Of a stretch of 64,000 bases of DNA, positions 23,866 through 36,766 are shown piece by piece. Under the pieces are notes generated by a model that saw nothing but the letters and a program-made list of their open reading frames with translations, was not told the DNA's origin and did no database searches. The first letter of the stretch is position 1, and every line of letters starts with the position of its first letter. Made by a program: the position numbers and the translations under genes. The stretch is taken from the NCBI GenBank assembly GCA_020536535.1, contig JAHLWZ010000866.1, positions 4,005 through 68,004 on the forward strand. Reading direction: 5' to 3'. The DNA comes from Pelomyxa schiedti. Its lineage: Eukaryota > Protista > Evosea.

Positions 23866-24904
23866 CTAGTTTGAAACAAAGGTATTGATGTGCGTGCTAT
23901 CGACGTGCCATCACGCGATGTCTCAAGGTCAACACAATTAACCTCAAACTCAAATCCTGTGAGTTCATCCCTCAGTTGTGATAGGAGGGGCATAATGCCG
24001 GGAATACTTGCTGTTGTAAAGTAGCAAACGCTGATATGCCCTGCCCCACCATACCATGGAGCAGCACCAACAGCACTTGTACACCTATAGACAATGTGGG
24101 GTTATGGCACAGTGTCAGAGTACAATACTATTAGCAAATAGTATATGTTGGGTTTTTTTTCCTCCTAGAATACCGTGCTACTTGGTTGTTTTTAATGAAG
24201 GGCTGCGTGGGAATGGGATAGTTTACTTGCTCCTAAGTTCAGAGAGTTTGTCAGAGTCTATTTCAATTACAAGGCAAGATATGTCCTTGTCTGTGATTCG
24301 TTCAAGCTTTGAAAGGTGTGGTGCACGCAACCTGACTTTATAATTCAACTTAACCATATTAAAACCCGAAAATATACAATACACATATTTCACAGATAAA
24401 GAAAACAGTAAAAAAAAAAAAAAAAAAATAGACACGCGAGAATGCCTTGCCTCGAAGCGGTGCGCCGTCGGCGATCCCGAGCCTGGGGCACTCGCGACTG
24501 AGGCAATCTGCTATCTGTTCCCTGAGCGCGTCGTGGGCCCCCGAGGCCCTCACTACGAAGCTGGCGTGGTGCCAGTGTCCCCCGGCGCCCAGCGCGCGCC
24601 TGCGTGCCTGGCACCCGTGCCTCGCGCTCTCGGCCCACGACGCGGGCGACATCAGGGCGTGCCCGTCCATGTCCGTGAGGTCCACTCTGTGCTGCTGCTG
24701 CTCTTGGTGGTGGTGCTCGTCCTCGTGCTGCTGGTTCTCCTCGTGCCCGTGACCCTGGTCCGTGTCAGCTGGGGTGCGTTGAGTGTGCTTGTCGATGTAA
24801 TCCCTGAGGAGACGAGTCAGCGACTCGGGCAGTGGCACGTAGCAAGACGAAGTTGTTGTTTGTGTTGTAGTTGTAGTCGCCGTGGCGCCGTCTGTGTGTC
24901 TCAT
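23866..24904 (-). CDS. Putative 2H phosphoesterase superfamily protein; spliced
   Basis: Two HxS motifs followed by hydrophobic residues: HWHHASFVV in exon 1 and GAGHISVCYF in the last exon. Final strand FEFEVNCVDL. Subfamily not assignable. Confidence 0.55.
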
Positions 24905-25094
24905 GGAATCTGATCAAAAGTTTCGTCGTCTTCTCGGATCTATCTGCTAATTTTTTTCCCCCCTTTTCTTCGGGCCTGTCAATTAAATCTTTTATTCTTT
25001 TATTGCGTTGCGGTGCAACAAGTACGCCGGAGAACGACACCGACAAAGCAATAAGAAAACCAACGCTCGCGTTTCGTGTTTCGTGACCGTCACC

Positions 25095-28000
25095 ATGATG
25101 AGATCTACGGCCACGACGTCGGCGGCGTCGCCGCGTACGCTGCAGGATTTCGAAGACCGGCGAAACGGCGGATCTTTCGGCAGCACTTTCGGCAACACCA
25201 CCACAACGCCGGCCTTTGGATCTACCGGAGAAACTCTGCTTGGCAGATCTACAATGACTTCGGGACTGAGGCTGGGAAACAGAGGCGTGATTGGCGGGCC
25301 ACTTTCCGCGTTCATTCCGCTGGATCCGTCTGGACTGTTGCCTACTGGATTCGCGCGGGCCGCAGCGCAGGAGGACGTGCCGAGAAATGTGGTCGGAATG
25401 AAAGCTGGTGCTCTCAACTATCACGATTTACGAAAAACGTGTGAGGATGTGGAGTTGCACATGCCACGAGACCTGTGTGTTTTTTTTTTTTTTTTTTTCT
25501 TTTCATTTTCTTTTTCTTTCAATTTTGTTACTTTTTAACTGACACCTTTTCCCTGGGTAGAAGGAACAGGCAGTGGGAATTGCCTCAGGCGCCAAGTTTT
25601 GGGCCGTACATTGCAACACCATGGGAACAGCTCCTGATACACCCTTCTATCCCATTTCCCCCTGAGGTTTTGCAGTCTCACAATCGTACGTTTTCTCTGA
25701 ACCCCTTCTGTTAATAATACTTTACAAGGAGGTCCTAATGGAGGATGTGGTTTTTTTGTTTTACCTCTTATTGAGCACGCCTGTATTTCTATTGCCCAGG
25801 AATTGTACCTTTGGAAGTATAACATTGACATGTGCTTGAATTTCACAGTACATGCTTTCATATTAACCGAATCCTAGACAGCATTGTGGTCTTCAACACC
25901 TAAGTTTTGGCCAAGATATTGTTACAGCCACTGTGTTTCCCCCGAAGGTTGCACTATTTGTTACTTTCCGTCCCAACTTTTTAAAGCCTGGTGTATTCCA
26001 AGAGCATATAAAATATCTACTTGCGATCTCTACCGCTGGGGAAGTAGTCATCTATGGCGTTGCAGCTTCTGAAAACGACTATCAATTTCTTCCAAGTATT
26101 CGTCATCCTACCATGCAGTTAAACAAAGGGACATTTTAGGTGACCTCAGGATAACTATTGATGGAGGTCACATAAACAAGCTCCTTGGAATGCGTAATGG
26201 ACGATTACTCATGTGTGGAACTGATGGTTCTGTTAATGAGTTTCAGTACGGAGCCGGAGTATGTTTCCTGGTCCATGTTATGGGATCCAACCTTCCCTTC
26301 CTCTTACAGGGATCAAGTGGGGGTTGGTTTTCTGGGTTATTTAGAAGCAAATGTCGTCGAGTTTATGCCACATCGCGGGTTACAGGCTACATTGCACCTA
26401 TTATTAAATGGTTGGCCTCAGTAGACAGTTTTTTTTTTTATCTGCATGAACCTTTTTCTTTCCATTGCAGGTTTACTTCAGCTGAGCCATTGGTGGATGC
26501 AGCTCTTGATGATTACCGAAATATTCTCTATACGTTATCAGACAGTGACACATTAAAAGTAGAAGGTTCACTAATGTTTGTATTTCAACTTACAGTAAAA
26601 AGGTGTATGATCTGGGAGGTACAGTCAAGAGTATTTATGTAAGGCACAATAACATTTCACAGCTGACGGCTTTATGTGTCCTGCTGAAGTTGCCGTACTT
26701 CAAACTCCTTGGACTGCAGTTGCACAAACCTTCCCTGAGCCGCAACCACAACTTGTTACTAGGGTTGGAAACGCCTCTTTTCCCCAATTTCTCATTTATA
26801 CACAGGACCCGCATAAGCTACCAGATCAGTATAAAAATGAATCCTGGGACCGTGCTATAGTAGCTTTCATTTTACCTAAACAACTACTCACACACAAAAA
26901 AGCAAGCTGGCCGAGTTGATAGTGGATTGGTCTTCACAGATATCAATCAGAAGTGGAACTATCTTCTCCGTGAGGGAATTGTTTCTGAGGTTGTCTCTAT
27001 GCCCTGTTACAACCTTTTAATATTTTATTCAGAGATACTATCAGGGTATATATGTGCTTCCTCCCTCTGAAACAACTCAAATGCACTTGGTGGCTGTAAC
27101 AATGCATGGTGCTCGGGTTTATTATTCAACAACTAACCAAAGTGTATGTGCCTTACACCCAAAAGTTCCTTCACTTGTAAACAGGACCCAATAACTACCC
27201 GCCCATATACACTTAGGGTTGCTCATGTAAGAATGCCTCCCCCTACAGCAGGTCAAAAAATTATCCTCATAATTCGTTACTTATCCTCAAAAGAGTCAAA
27301 TTCCCTACAATCATGTCCTTTGTACTCTCAGGGGGTTTTTTTCTTGCAAGCCACTGATTCTAATACCCTGTTTGTTGTTGCACCTCAAGTCAAATCTGAC
27401 TTCGGTGATGCACCTCCCCATGTGCAGTATATGGGGCAAGGTGCCAATTTTGAGGAACAAATTTCCCCCTTTCAGGTTGTTCGTCCCTGGTAGCACCCAT
27501 CCACCAGGCACTAATTAAAAACTAGTTCCCTGAGAGAATCTGGTGTCTCTGTGATGTTGTTGAACCCCAACCCCATCTCCCACAGCATAATGACTTCTGC
27601 CTCTCCAGTAGGAACGAATTAGTTTTACAGCACCTTCGTGCTCCAAAAACCTTTGTTTGTATGACTGGAACAGGTACTAGACTCTAATAACAAACAAATG
27701 GCCAACCCAAATCTTTCAACAGGTGTGCGCCTCATGACAAAGCAAAGACCAATCGATCAGCTTTTGTTGCTTTTGCAAAAGAGCGGAATAGATGACGACA
27801 CCGAGATCAATGTTGTATTGATTACTACGTCATATCTCTGACGGTTTTTTTTTTTTGTTTGTTTGTTTCTTTTTGCAAAGACTTTTTTTACTGCCCATGG
27901 TAATAACGAGACCTGTGCCATGTTACTTTCTCTTATTTGTGATATTTCTGGTGATACTACATTATCAAGTAAGCCAACTACTATCGTATTATTGGTGATC

Positions 28001-31000
28001 ACTTGTGTTAATATAGCCTTTTCATAGGCAAAACCAACACACAAGATCTGCGAGATTTTGCGATTCACACCTTTTACAAACATGGTGGAGTAGCCAAGTA
28101 CATCAAGCATGCTGACGGCCTTTTGTTACAAGGTTTCGTACTCTCTTGTACTGTGTTTTAATGTGTAATGTAGGAGAGTGCCCCTATTCATCACTGGGAT
28201 CCCAACTTGCAAATTTAATACAGTATTCACACAAACATGAGGCAATATACCTTGTAGTGAGTCGACTGCTTTCCCCCCTGTGGCGAACAACATTGTAACT
28301 TAATTCATCTGCATGAAATAGTAAAATTTGTATTTAGATTCCCTTTACCCTGTCCCCTTCCCCAGTTAGCAACACTAGAACAAGTCCTACTTCGTATTTC
28401 CGATTTCCTTGCAACCTATATCCTTACTCTTTCTCTTACGAGCCTTTTGAATGTTGCCTTAACTTCCACAACATATTACTAGAGCTCCAACCTATGGGCT
28501 CCAGCAGCAGTTCAGAGCCTTACAAAATGCCAGTGCAGAGAACGCTGCAGAATTGGTTTCCCCCTACGAATATCTATGCTCCTATTAACGTAGGCCTTTC
28601 TCCTTACTCAGCAAGAAAGCCAATCCATAGCAAGAATAAAGGAGTTGATAAAGCATTGTGCTGAAACCGTTGCACTGTTACAGTTATACAACGAAAATTG
28701 CCCTAGGTTGAGTTAAGAATTAAGTAATATGAGATAACACTACCAGAGGAAACCCCCACACTGCAGTCACCTTCCGGGAATTCCTTTGTGATTCTGAGTC
28801 AAGTCTGGCCCAGCAGCTTATCACAGAAATAATGGACGAACAAATCAGAGTTAACAACGTGTGTCAATCTTTTTCTTTTCTTTAGTTGAGCTCCTCTGCA
28901 GTCCGATCACGTAAGTCTTGAACTCGAAACACGTTGTTCAAGCTACTTCTCCAAGCAAACACACCTTCTTTACAAAGTGAGTCCAGTCAAATCCCTACGG
29001 TGTTAACCTTTCCGTTTTGCTGTAGGGCCGGGATCTACTTCTGTCTGCAAAGCAACAAAAGAATCCTGTATTACTCAAGGAAGCTCTGGAGGTAATTTGC
29101 ATTTCAATAGTAATTGTTTTAACGGTAAATAGTACTACAAACAAATTCGAGATCCTCCTTTCTCTGGTATGTGCCGCACCTTCAAAAAAGTTTGTACTCA
29201 CATTGCCTAGAACTTATAGATGTGTGTTACGATCACCCAAAATTGTTTATTGATGTTGCAACCACTGTTGCTCGAATTGGGGATCCCACTGGTAAACCAC
29301 ATTTTCTTACCTTTTTTCCCGGTGGCTAAACAATAAAGATATCTCATCACACTGGACTCCAACTGCGGATGCAACTGTGAGGAATGCTCGGGCACACCGT
29401 ATGAATTGCTACAAATACATTTTCGCTTTGTTGGATGAACTGCCGAAAGGTATTGTTCACATATTAGATTGTTTTTACTTGTTTCTTTATTTTATTTTAT
29501 TGAGCATTAAATTCGATTGACAGATATTCAAAATGACACAATCGGTCACATTTTACAAATTAGTGATAAAACGCTGCACTGGCAACTTTACGATTGGCTT
29601 CTTACTAACAAGAGTCCCATCATCTACGATGTATTCTCTCTGTCGAACTAAGAATTTTCATAAAACTTTTTCAGATAGAGACACCCTTCATAGAGGAGTT
29701 CTTCAAGTTTTCTCAAAAAGAAAATTTGGCTGAAGTTCGTACATTTATCTATTAACAATTTTCATCTTCTTTTTCTGAACGCCTTAGTGGTATCAAAAGC
29801 ATGGCAAACTTGAGAAAGCCGCCAAAATATATTTTGATCTTGGGACAATTGAGGTTCAAGCTCCATGCCCTGTGTTACCTTATCATTTACCAACAGGGCA
29901 ATGTTTCTCTTGAAGATAAACTCCAAAGGTTGAACAAGGCCGCAGTGCTTGACCCAAGGCTACGTCAAGATACTCAGGCTCTCATCCCCGTGTGTAGTTC
30001 CTTGCAGCAAAAAAAGAGGCTAACCTGCCTTCTTCTCCCCAAAAAGCGCATTGAAATTCAATCTCTTTTGCTCAAAAAATTCCAAGTGGACAAAATTGCA
30101 CCTCCAAAAGAACTAGAGGGCACGATTTTAAGTTTTGAACAGGTAATCCCCCCTTTTCTGGTGGTATGGTAGTCAACACCTTGTTCAAGCTGTTGGGAAT
30201 CGCTATCTCCCACCGAATTTATGAATCAGTTTTTGACGTGGCTTGCTGGATAACAGTTCCCAGTGATGTACTTGAGGATGCATGGGAAAAACTTTTAAAT
30301 ACAAGTGCGGTTCAGTGTTACTTCTACACCAGCCTAACATTAATTTATGCTCTAGCTACAGATATTCAAGACGCTTTAGCAGTCGTGAGTATCCAAGGCA
30401 GAAAATACTTCAGGCATTACCCAAACGGGCCATTCCTCCTAGGTAATCCCTTTAAAAGACAAACTGCCAAGTAACCAACAGTAGATTTCCTTGTTTCTCA
30501 TCTTGAAACGATGAATTTTCGCTCCAATCGCATGAATAACCTGGTTCATCATGTAGGGACACCACTGGAAACCCACATTCATCGCGTTGCATCAACAATG
30601 CTCAAGATAGGGGTAAAAGAAACGATTTTGCTACAAGCATACCATCAAGTGTATAATTCGGTAAGGCGTCTGTAATGTTGGTTGTAAAATCACAAAACTG
30701 CAGCGTGCACCCGTTCCAGAACAGGAATGGAAGATACACCTTTTGCAAATAATCAGATTCCTCAACACATCTCTTTTGTGTGTTCTTGGTTCTTTATGTT
30801 ACAACCAACAGTGCCTAGGACTGAATACAGAGAAGGGAAGACTTTGTTGAGCAGAGAATGCATTGGCCAGTACCTGCGTCATTTGCAAGAATCATTCACC
30901 CGACAACCCGAGACAGAAGAACTTACAAGGTCTTCTAATATCCCCTTTACCTTCATTCAACTCCGCACTCTAACCTCCCTACAGAGAATTCCAGCGGTTG

Positions 31001-31009
31001 TTATCCTAA
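25095..31009 (+). CDS. NUP155: Nucleoporin Nup155/Nup170; many exons
   Basis: LPLIEHACISIAQELYLWKY, KPGVFQEHIKYLLAISTAGEV, GMRNGRLLMCGTDGSVNEFQY, LDDYRNILYTLS, LRVAHVRMPP, RPIDQLLLLL, HGNETCAMLL, followed by a long helical C-terminal part. Confidence 0.85.
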
Positions 31010-31208
31010 AGCACTACATCAATCGAAGGAAAAGACACACACCCAAAAACCCCTCCTAGTAATTCCTTCCTTGCAAGAAGGAAAACTACCAACACAACCC
31101 CAAACAACGCCTACTTATCTCTGAAAGCAGAAGAGCAAAAAAGAAGCTCCACAAAAAAAAACCAGTTTTTTTTATTTCCCCTAATTGACCGTTGGCCGAT
31201 TGACGTTG

Positions 31209-33444
31209 ATGGAAACTCTTGTGCGTCTAGGGGGCACGTGGTCAGGCACTGAGGGAAGTTGGTTGCGAAGGGAGGCTCTTTGGACATTGACGAATGTAAC
31301 TACTTACAACAAGCCAACTGCGCATGCCCGTAACCCGATAGAGTGCGTAAATTCCATATTGTGGGAGAAATAATGGCCATTGAGGTGGTTTCTTTTTTTT
31401 GGTTTTTTGTTTGTTTTTGTGTAATGAAATAAATGTAAGTCCTAATGTAGAACTCCATAGTGAACTATGTTTGATGTGGGCACTGGGAGTTGGTGATTAT
31501 GATTCCCAGTACTGGGCAGGGCAATCTGGGCTGGGCTTTGTTCGGGTCTTGCTGTCAGATAGGGCCGGGTCTTCCAAATTTTTTGCAACTGCTCTATTGA
31601 ATGAAGTTGACTCACGTGGATTGCTTCGTGCTTTGAACCAATACAGCGTTTTGAACAAATTGACCATTTTCCATGGTGTTACAATGATACTTGCAGACGC
31701 AGAAGCAACACAATTACTGGTAAACATACCTGCAGGAGTCTTCACAAATGCCACATTAACTCTGACACTTGCTGCCGATCATTCAAGACTGAACTTCTCT
31801 TCAATTATCCATCACATAGGTCACCTGAAAAAACTAGTTATTCGAGGCATAGACTTGCATGAAGGAGTGAGCGAATTTGCTTCAAGGATCGCATTCAGTG
31901 AGACCCTCTCTGAACTTACTCTTGCCTCATGCCAACTTGACATACATGACGTTTACAGCATAGCCGCTGCTGCTCGTTGCTGCGCTTCATTACACGCCAT
32001 TGACTTGAGCGGAAACCCAAGTATTGGGAACGCTGGAGCAGCTTGTCTAGCTGCAGCAATAGCTGGCAAAAACGGTACTCCTTTCACAAGAGTGAATCTG
32101 CGGGCATGCATGATCCAAAATGGCGGTGCATATGCATTAGCATCAGTGATGAAGACGTTACTGAAGTCTACTGGAGTGCCAACTCTTAGCATTATTTTGA
32201 CCAACAACAGTATTTCTGCAGCTTGCATCCGTCGTATTACACAGGAGATTGGAGACAAGTTCCTTTATTCCGCTGTACCTGTTGTCAAGATATGTATGAT
32301 AGGATCTGGCGGTATTGGTACCAAGTCAGGTATTTTACTTTGTACCTCCATCAATCTCATTTGTTTCAGCTCTCACACTAGTATTTCTACAGGTTTACAA
32401 CCAATTCTTTTTACCGTTAACCTCTACCAGAATCACTTTGTCACAGAGTATGACCCGACCATAGAAGATTCCTATAGAAAGTATATGCTGTACTGTAAGG
32501 TTATCGATATGAACCATCTCTTAGGTCATATGTACTTGACGGTCAGCCTATTATCATGGACATTACTGACACAGGTGAGGAGCTGTTTTTGTTGCTTCTT
32601 CTAAAAATTAAATTTCCTGTCTTTTCCAGCTGGACAAGAGGAGTAAGATTTCTTTCCAAAGCACCACTCTTTAACTTTCTCATAGATACTCAGCCATGCG
32701 GGACACGTAACTAACTTCAGTAATCCTTTGTTTGACATTTGGCAGATATTACCCTCACCACGACGTATTTTGCGTAGGGTATGCGATGTAACTCATTATG
32801 CAGCTCACTTATACTAAAAGGTATTCAGTAACATCCCGTTCAAGCTTCGAGGATGTAATAAATTTCCATACGGCTATTCTAAGAGTTCGTGCAGCATCCG
32901 ACTATCCCAAGGGTACTAAGAAGCTAATTGTATGTATTCCAATTGCCACAACCCACCAGCTTTGTAGTACTGTTGGGAGGAAAATGTGATCTTGAGGCTG
33001 AAAGAGTAGTCAGTTATGACGAAGGAGTAGCACTTGCACGACAGCTGAATTGTACTTTTTTGGAGGCCAGTTTTTTTTCTCTTGCCAACGAACGCTCTTA
33101 TAATCTCTAACCCGTTGTAAAACAAACAAAAAGGTAAGTGCCAAAACGCGAGTCAACGTTGACACCGCATTTGAAACTGCGGCTCGGGCCGGTCTGGAGG
33201 ACAGGAGAAAAGGGATAGTCTTTGACCCAGTCCCTTTCCCAATGCTTACCAAGCTCCCGATCCCCTCACTCACCAAAATGAAGGCCACAGAAATCCCTGT
33301 ACTTCCTGACATTACTCTATGTTCTACACCAACATCCCCCGAAGAACCACCTCAGAACGAGGACCTAATAGGTATCTACTTCATTTGTACTTGGTGATAC
33401 TAAAAATACAAAAAAAAGACTGGGTCAATACTCAAGTCCCATAG
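31209..33444 (+). CDS. LRR (ribonuclease-inhibitor-like) - Ras GTPase fusion; ends approximate
   Basis: LRRs LSELTLASCQL, LHAIDLSGNPSIGNAGA, FTRVNLRACMIQNGGA. Ras domain KICMIGSGGIGTKSAL, NHFVTEYDPTIEDSYRK, DTAGQEEYSAMRD, GGKCDL, FLEASAKTRVNVDTAF, assembled from small exons. Confidence 0.85.
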
Positions 33445-33500
33445 AGTACAAAAAGTTCTTGTTCAAAATGAAGTAAAATAACAATATCTTTATTTGTATA

Positions 33501-36500
33501 TCAAGTTTTTCCCTTTGGGGTGCGTTTGGCCTCCAAGGCCTGTTGTAGTGTTGCTTCTAGCTTTTCGACTGTGGCTAGAAGTTCCGCGTTTTCTTTTGTG
33601 ACAGATGCCACCTGTGCTATTGTAGTGCTGTAGCTTGTTGTGAGGTGCTCAATGACAGGTCTCAGTGCAACCCAAGCACATACTGAAGCATGCCGACGTA
33701 GTGCAGCCCGGGTACCCTTCCAGGGACATTCCAGGTCTTCCGCAACGCAGGGGACTTGGAGAGATTCACATACGGCATCGTGTTGTATTGAACTGTCCTC
33801 CCCTTCAAAGTATTCGCCACAGCCCCGCGGACACACTGTTACAAGAATTGGATTGTGGATGATTTGAGGAATCAGGATACACACATGTGCAGTGGGCATC
33901 TACCCAGGGCCCAGGAAAGGACCGGGGTATGAGTTTCTTGCACTGTGGGCAGGGAACAAGCTTCTTTGGGCATGTTTGGTCATGTCTTTCTTGAGCATTT
34001 AAAACTAGTCTTGTAGCGCAACCCTCATTAGCACATGCTGAATAAAAAATGAGTACACGAGCTCAATGAGGGGAACCATACTCCTTTGGCACCGTGTGTT
34101 ATGTGCTGTGACAAAGATTCCATAGGGCATAGACACTGAGCATGTAGGACAAGTTGTAAGTGCCCTGGGGCACCAGCGTCGATGGGAATCTCGATCCGAA
34201 GCCGAAACCCGTAAACCACACCCATTTTCGCACTCTGAAGGAAGTCATTTGAATGCAAGATACAAGGAGAGCAAACGGTCTGGGCAATTCTGAATGTGGT
34301 TGTTTCGTGATTCACATGGTACTCTTCTCTTGCAAGTTGTACAGATGTAGCACAGGGATTTAAGTTTGGCATGCACATACTTAGGAACAACTTTGGATAT
34401 GGTGCTATCATTTATTTCCGATGCACAAGAGCACATTGCACCCTCAAAAAATGTATCCCGCGAAAAGAAAGGAAGACAAGTACCTTATGCGCGCAAGATA
34501 AACACATCATCTCGCCACAGGTGTGAATTACAGGGTTCACTAATGGATTTCTACAAACAAGGCATTCTAATCCCGGTTCCACGTTTATCCTCTGTAGTTT
34601 GTAAATGTACAATTGAAAAAGAGTGATACATACAGACATCTGGGCGACAGATTGCGCCAGTGCCGATTTCGTTTTCCCATCAATAAAAAATAAAATGTCC
34701 GTGTTTAAACGGTCATTGCCAAGCATGTCTTCAAGAGCGAAGGAATGGCCACTGAAATTGATGTGAGTTGCTAACTAGGAAGTGGAAAAGAGAAGACATT
34801 GGTGTGGCAGGTTTCGAACACATCAGGTGTATTTCATTTGGTTCAACAGCTCCCAGAAGCATTCTGCTAAGCTTAGTGGTGACAGTGACATATGAAGCAG
34901 TGCGATTCATATAGCACAAAATTGGAGGTGCTGAAGGTGATGTTGACACTATTTGTGAAGGCTGAGTTGTAATTACTGTCGAAGAAGTTGTGGGTGTGGT
35001 TGAAGAAATATCTGTTCGCTCGGATTTCAACGAGGGTTTAGTTGGTGGTTGTGTTGGTGCATCACATGCAATGAAGGAGATAAATAATCTCTGCAAGTTG
35101 CGGTTGTACCATTCTTGTATTGTTCGGAATGGTGCACTCTGCTTTACTTTCTCAAATACTAAGATATCTACCCAACATTACTTAACATGTAAAACTAAAG
35201 GGTAACAAACCTCCATTTACGAGTTCGTTTTCAAATATCGTTTTTGTGGTGTTTACTGGTTTAACAAGGTCTGGTTTGATTTCCTGGTGAAATTAGAAGC
35301 TGCTATGGTGTGGTGTTTTCAACCTCAAAAATGTTAATTTCTTCGTCTGGACTAAGGCCTGCTAGTTGCCGCATGATAATTGCAAGCTCAGATGAGATTT
35401 GCTTGGGTTGTGCATAGTAACAGCCTATGTACCTGAAAAATGGTGAGGAATCGCATTACACGAAGTAGTATACCGAGGTTCTTTTTGGGTTATAGGGTTG
35501 TAGTATTTGAAGAATAAAAGTGAGTGATGATTAGCATCAGGAAATGCTGCGAAATTTTCCGACTGGTTTCTCATCAGTGATGCATGTTAGAGTTACTCAG
35601 AATTCATTCACCTGAATTGAAGGAGGCTTGCTTTCTGAGACTTGGGCAAAAATGAATATGTCCGGGTCATTCATCCTTCAGTGGGGTCAGTGTGAAACAT
35701 TCCCAGTAGATGGGTACTACCGTATGATATCATCTGAGGGAGGGACAGGTTCATGGGGCCGTACTGTTAGATTCTGTCTTGTTACGAACATCCACAGTCT
35801 TAGCAAACCCATGTCAACATCAAGCTGCTGTGCACATAATCTCTTGGGAAATGTTATTGAGAGATAGTAGAAATAATTTCAACTTGAAGAGCATTTCCGG
35901 TAATGCCCTGTTTAACTCGGAAACAACACTCAGACTGAAGAGGAATGAGCCCACATCCATGGTGACAGCAAAAGGTTGCCTCAGTAGCAAGCCTAACAGA
36001 GACCACTAGGAGTGTGTTAAAGGGGAAAACAATGTAGAGTAGATTTACTGGGTGGTGGTGACACTTCAATTCTTATTGGAACAACACAAAAAGTAACGGT
36101 TTCATTTGCAGAAAAGAAACCAGGATCTTGTTTTAACAGGGAAATCGGAACGAATTCAGTAAAGCCCCAATCCAGTTCCGAGTCAGCGTTGGTGAACACA
36201 TGGCGTGCCTCTATTTTAGTTTTGGCAAAGTGAGATGTGAGAAAGATTTGTGTTCTTAAGTGTATCACACCAAAACGTAGAGTTTTTTCCGAGTCAACAT
36301 TGTGAATCATTTCTACGCGAAATTTTGCCTCCACAGTCCACTCTGGAACTTGGAGTTTGCCTAGTTCCAGGTACACTGCCACATTTCTTTTGACTTTGTG
36401 CTCGTTCCCGCGTGGAAACACGCGCAATCTCCTTTTGGTGATGTTGGCACGAAAGCTACGCTTTCAAGAGATCTGGCCGTACCAACATACGTCTTTATAC

Positions 36501-36619
36501 CACCATTCGTCGCTGCACACGGACTCTTCCTCGCCACTTAAAAACCGAGGAACACAAAACGTGAGCCGACACGGCTCTTGTGGATCTTGTGGGCGGTCCA
36601 GCACCCCACCTCTCAACAT
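33501..36619 (-). CDS. MATH - USP7-type UBL1-3 - RING - TRAF zinc fingers - coiled coil chimera; no USP catalytic domain
   Basis: MATH WRLRVFPRGN...VAVYLE...DWGFTEFV. USP7-like VRLATEATFCCHHG, RLWMFVTRQNLTVRP, LLFFKYYNP, EEIKP, NGDILVFEK, MNRTASYVTV. RING-like CLVCRNPLVNPVIHTCGEMMCLSC. zf-TRAF CENGCG, CPRGCG and CPWKGTRAALRRHASVC. Confidence 0.75.
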
Positions 36620-36766
36620 TATTTGAAAAAATGAAAGACAGAAAAAAAATTAAAGTGATGGCAACAGTTGCCCGGAGCAGATGCCAAATCTTCCGAGAAG
36701 ATCGTAGTTGCGATGAAAATACGAGAGATAGGGCTCTGAATAATAGCAAGGCGATAAGCCCAGATA

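Noticed and set aside
31399-33444. Roco/LRRK protein
   Set aside because: The GTPase is Ras proper (YDPTIEDSY, DTAGQ), not Roc, and no COR or kinase domain follows.
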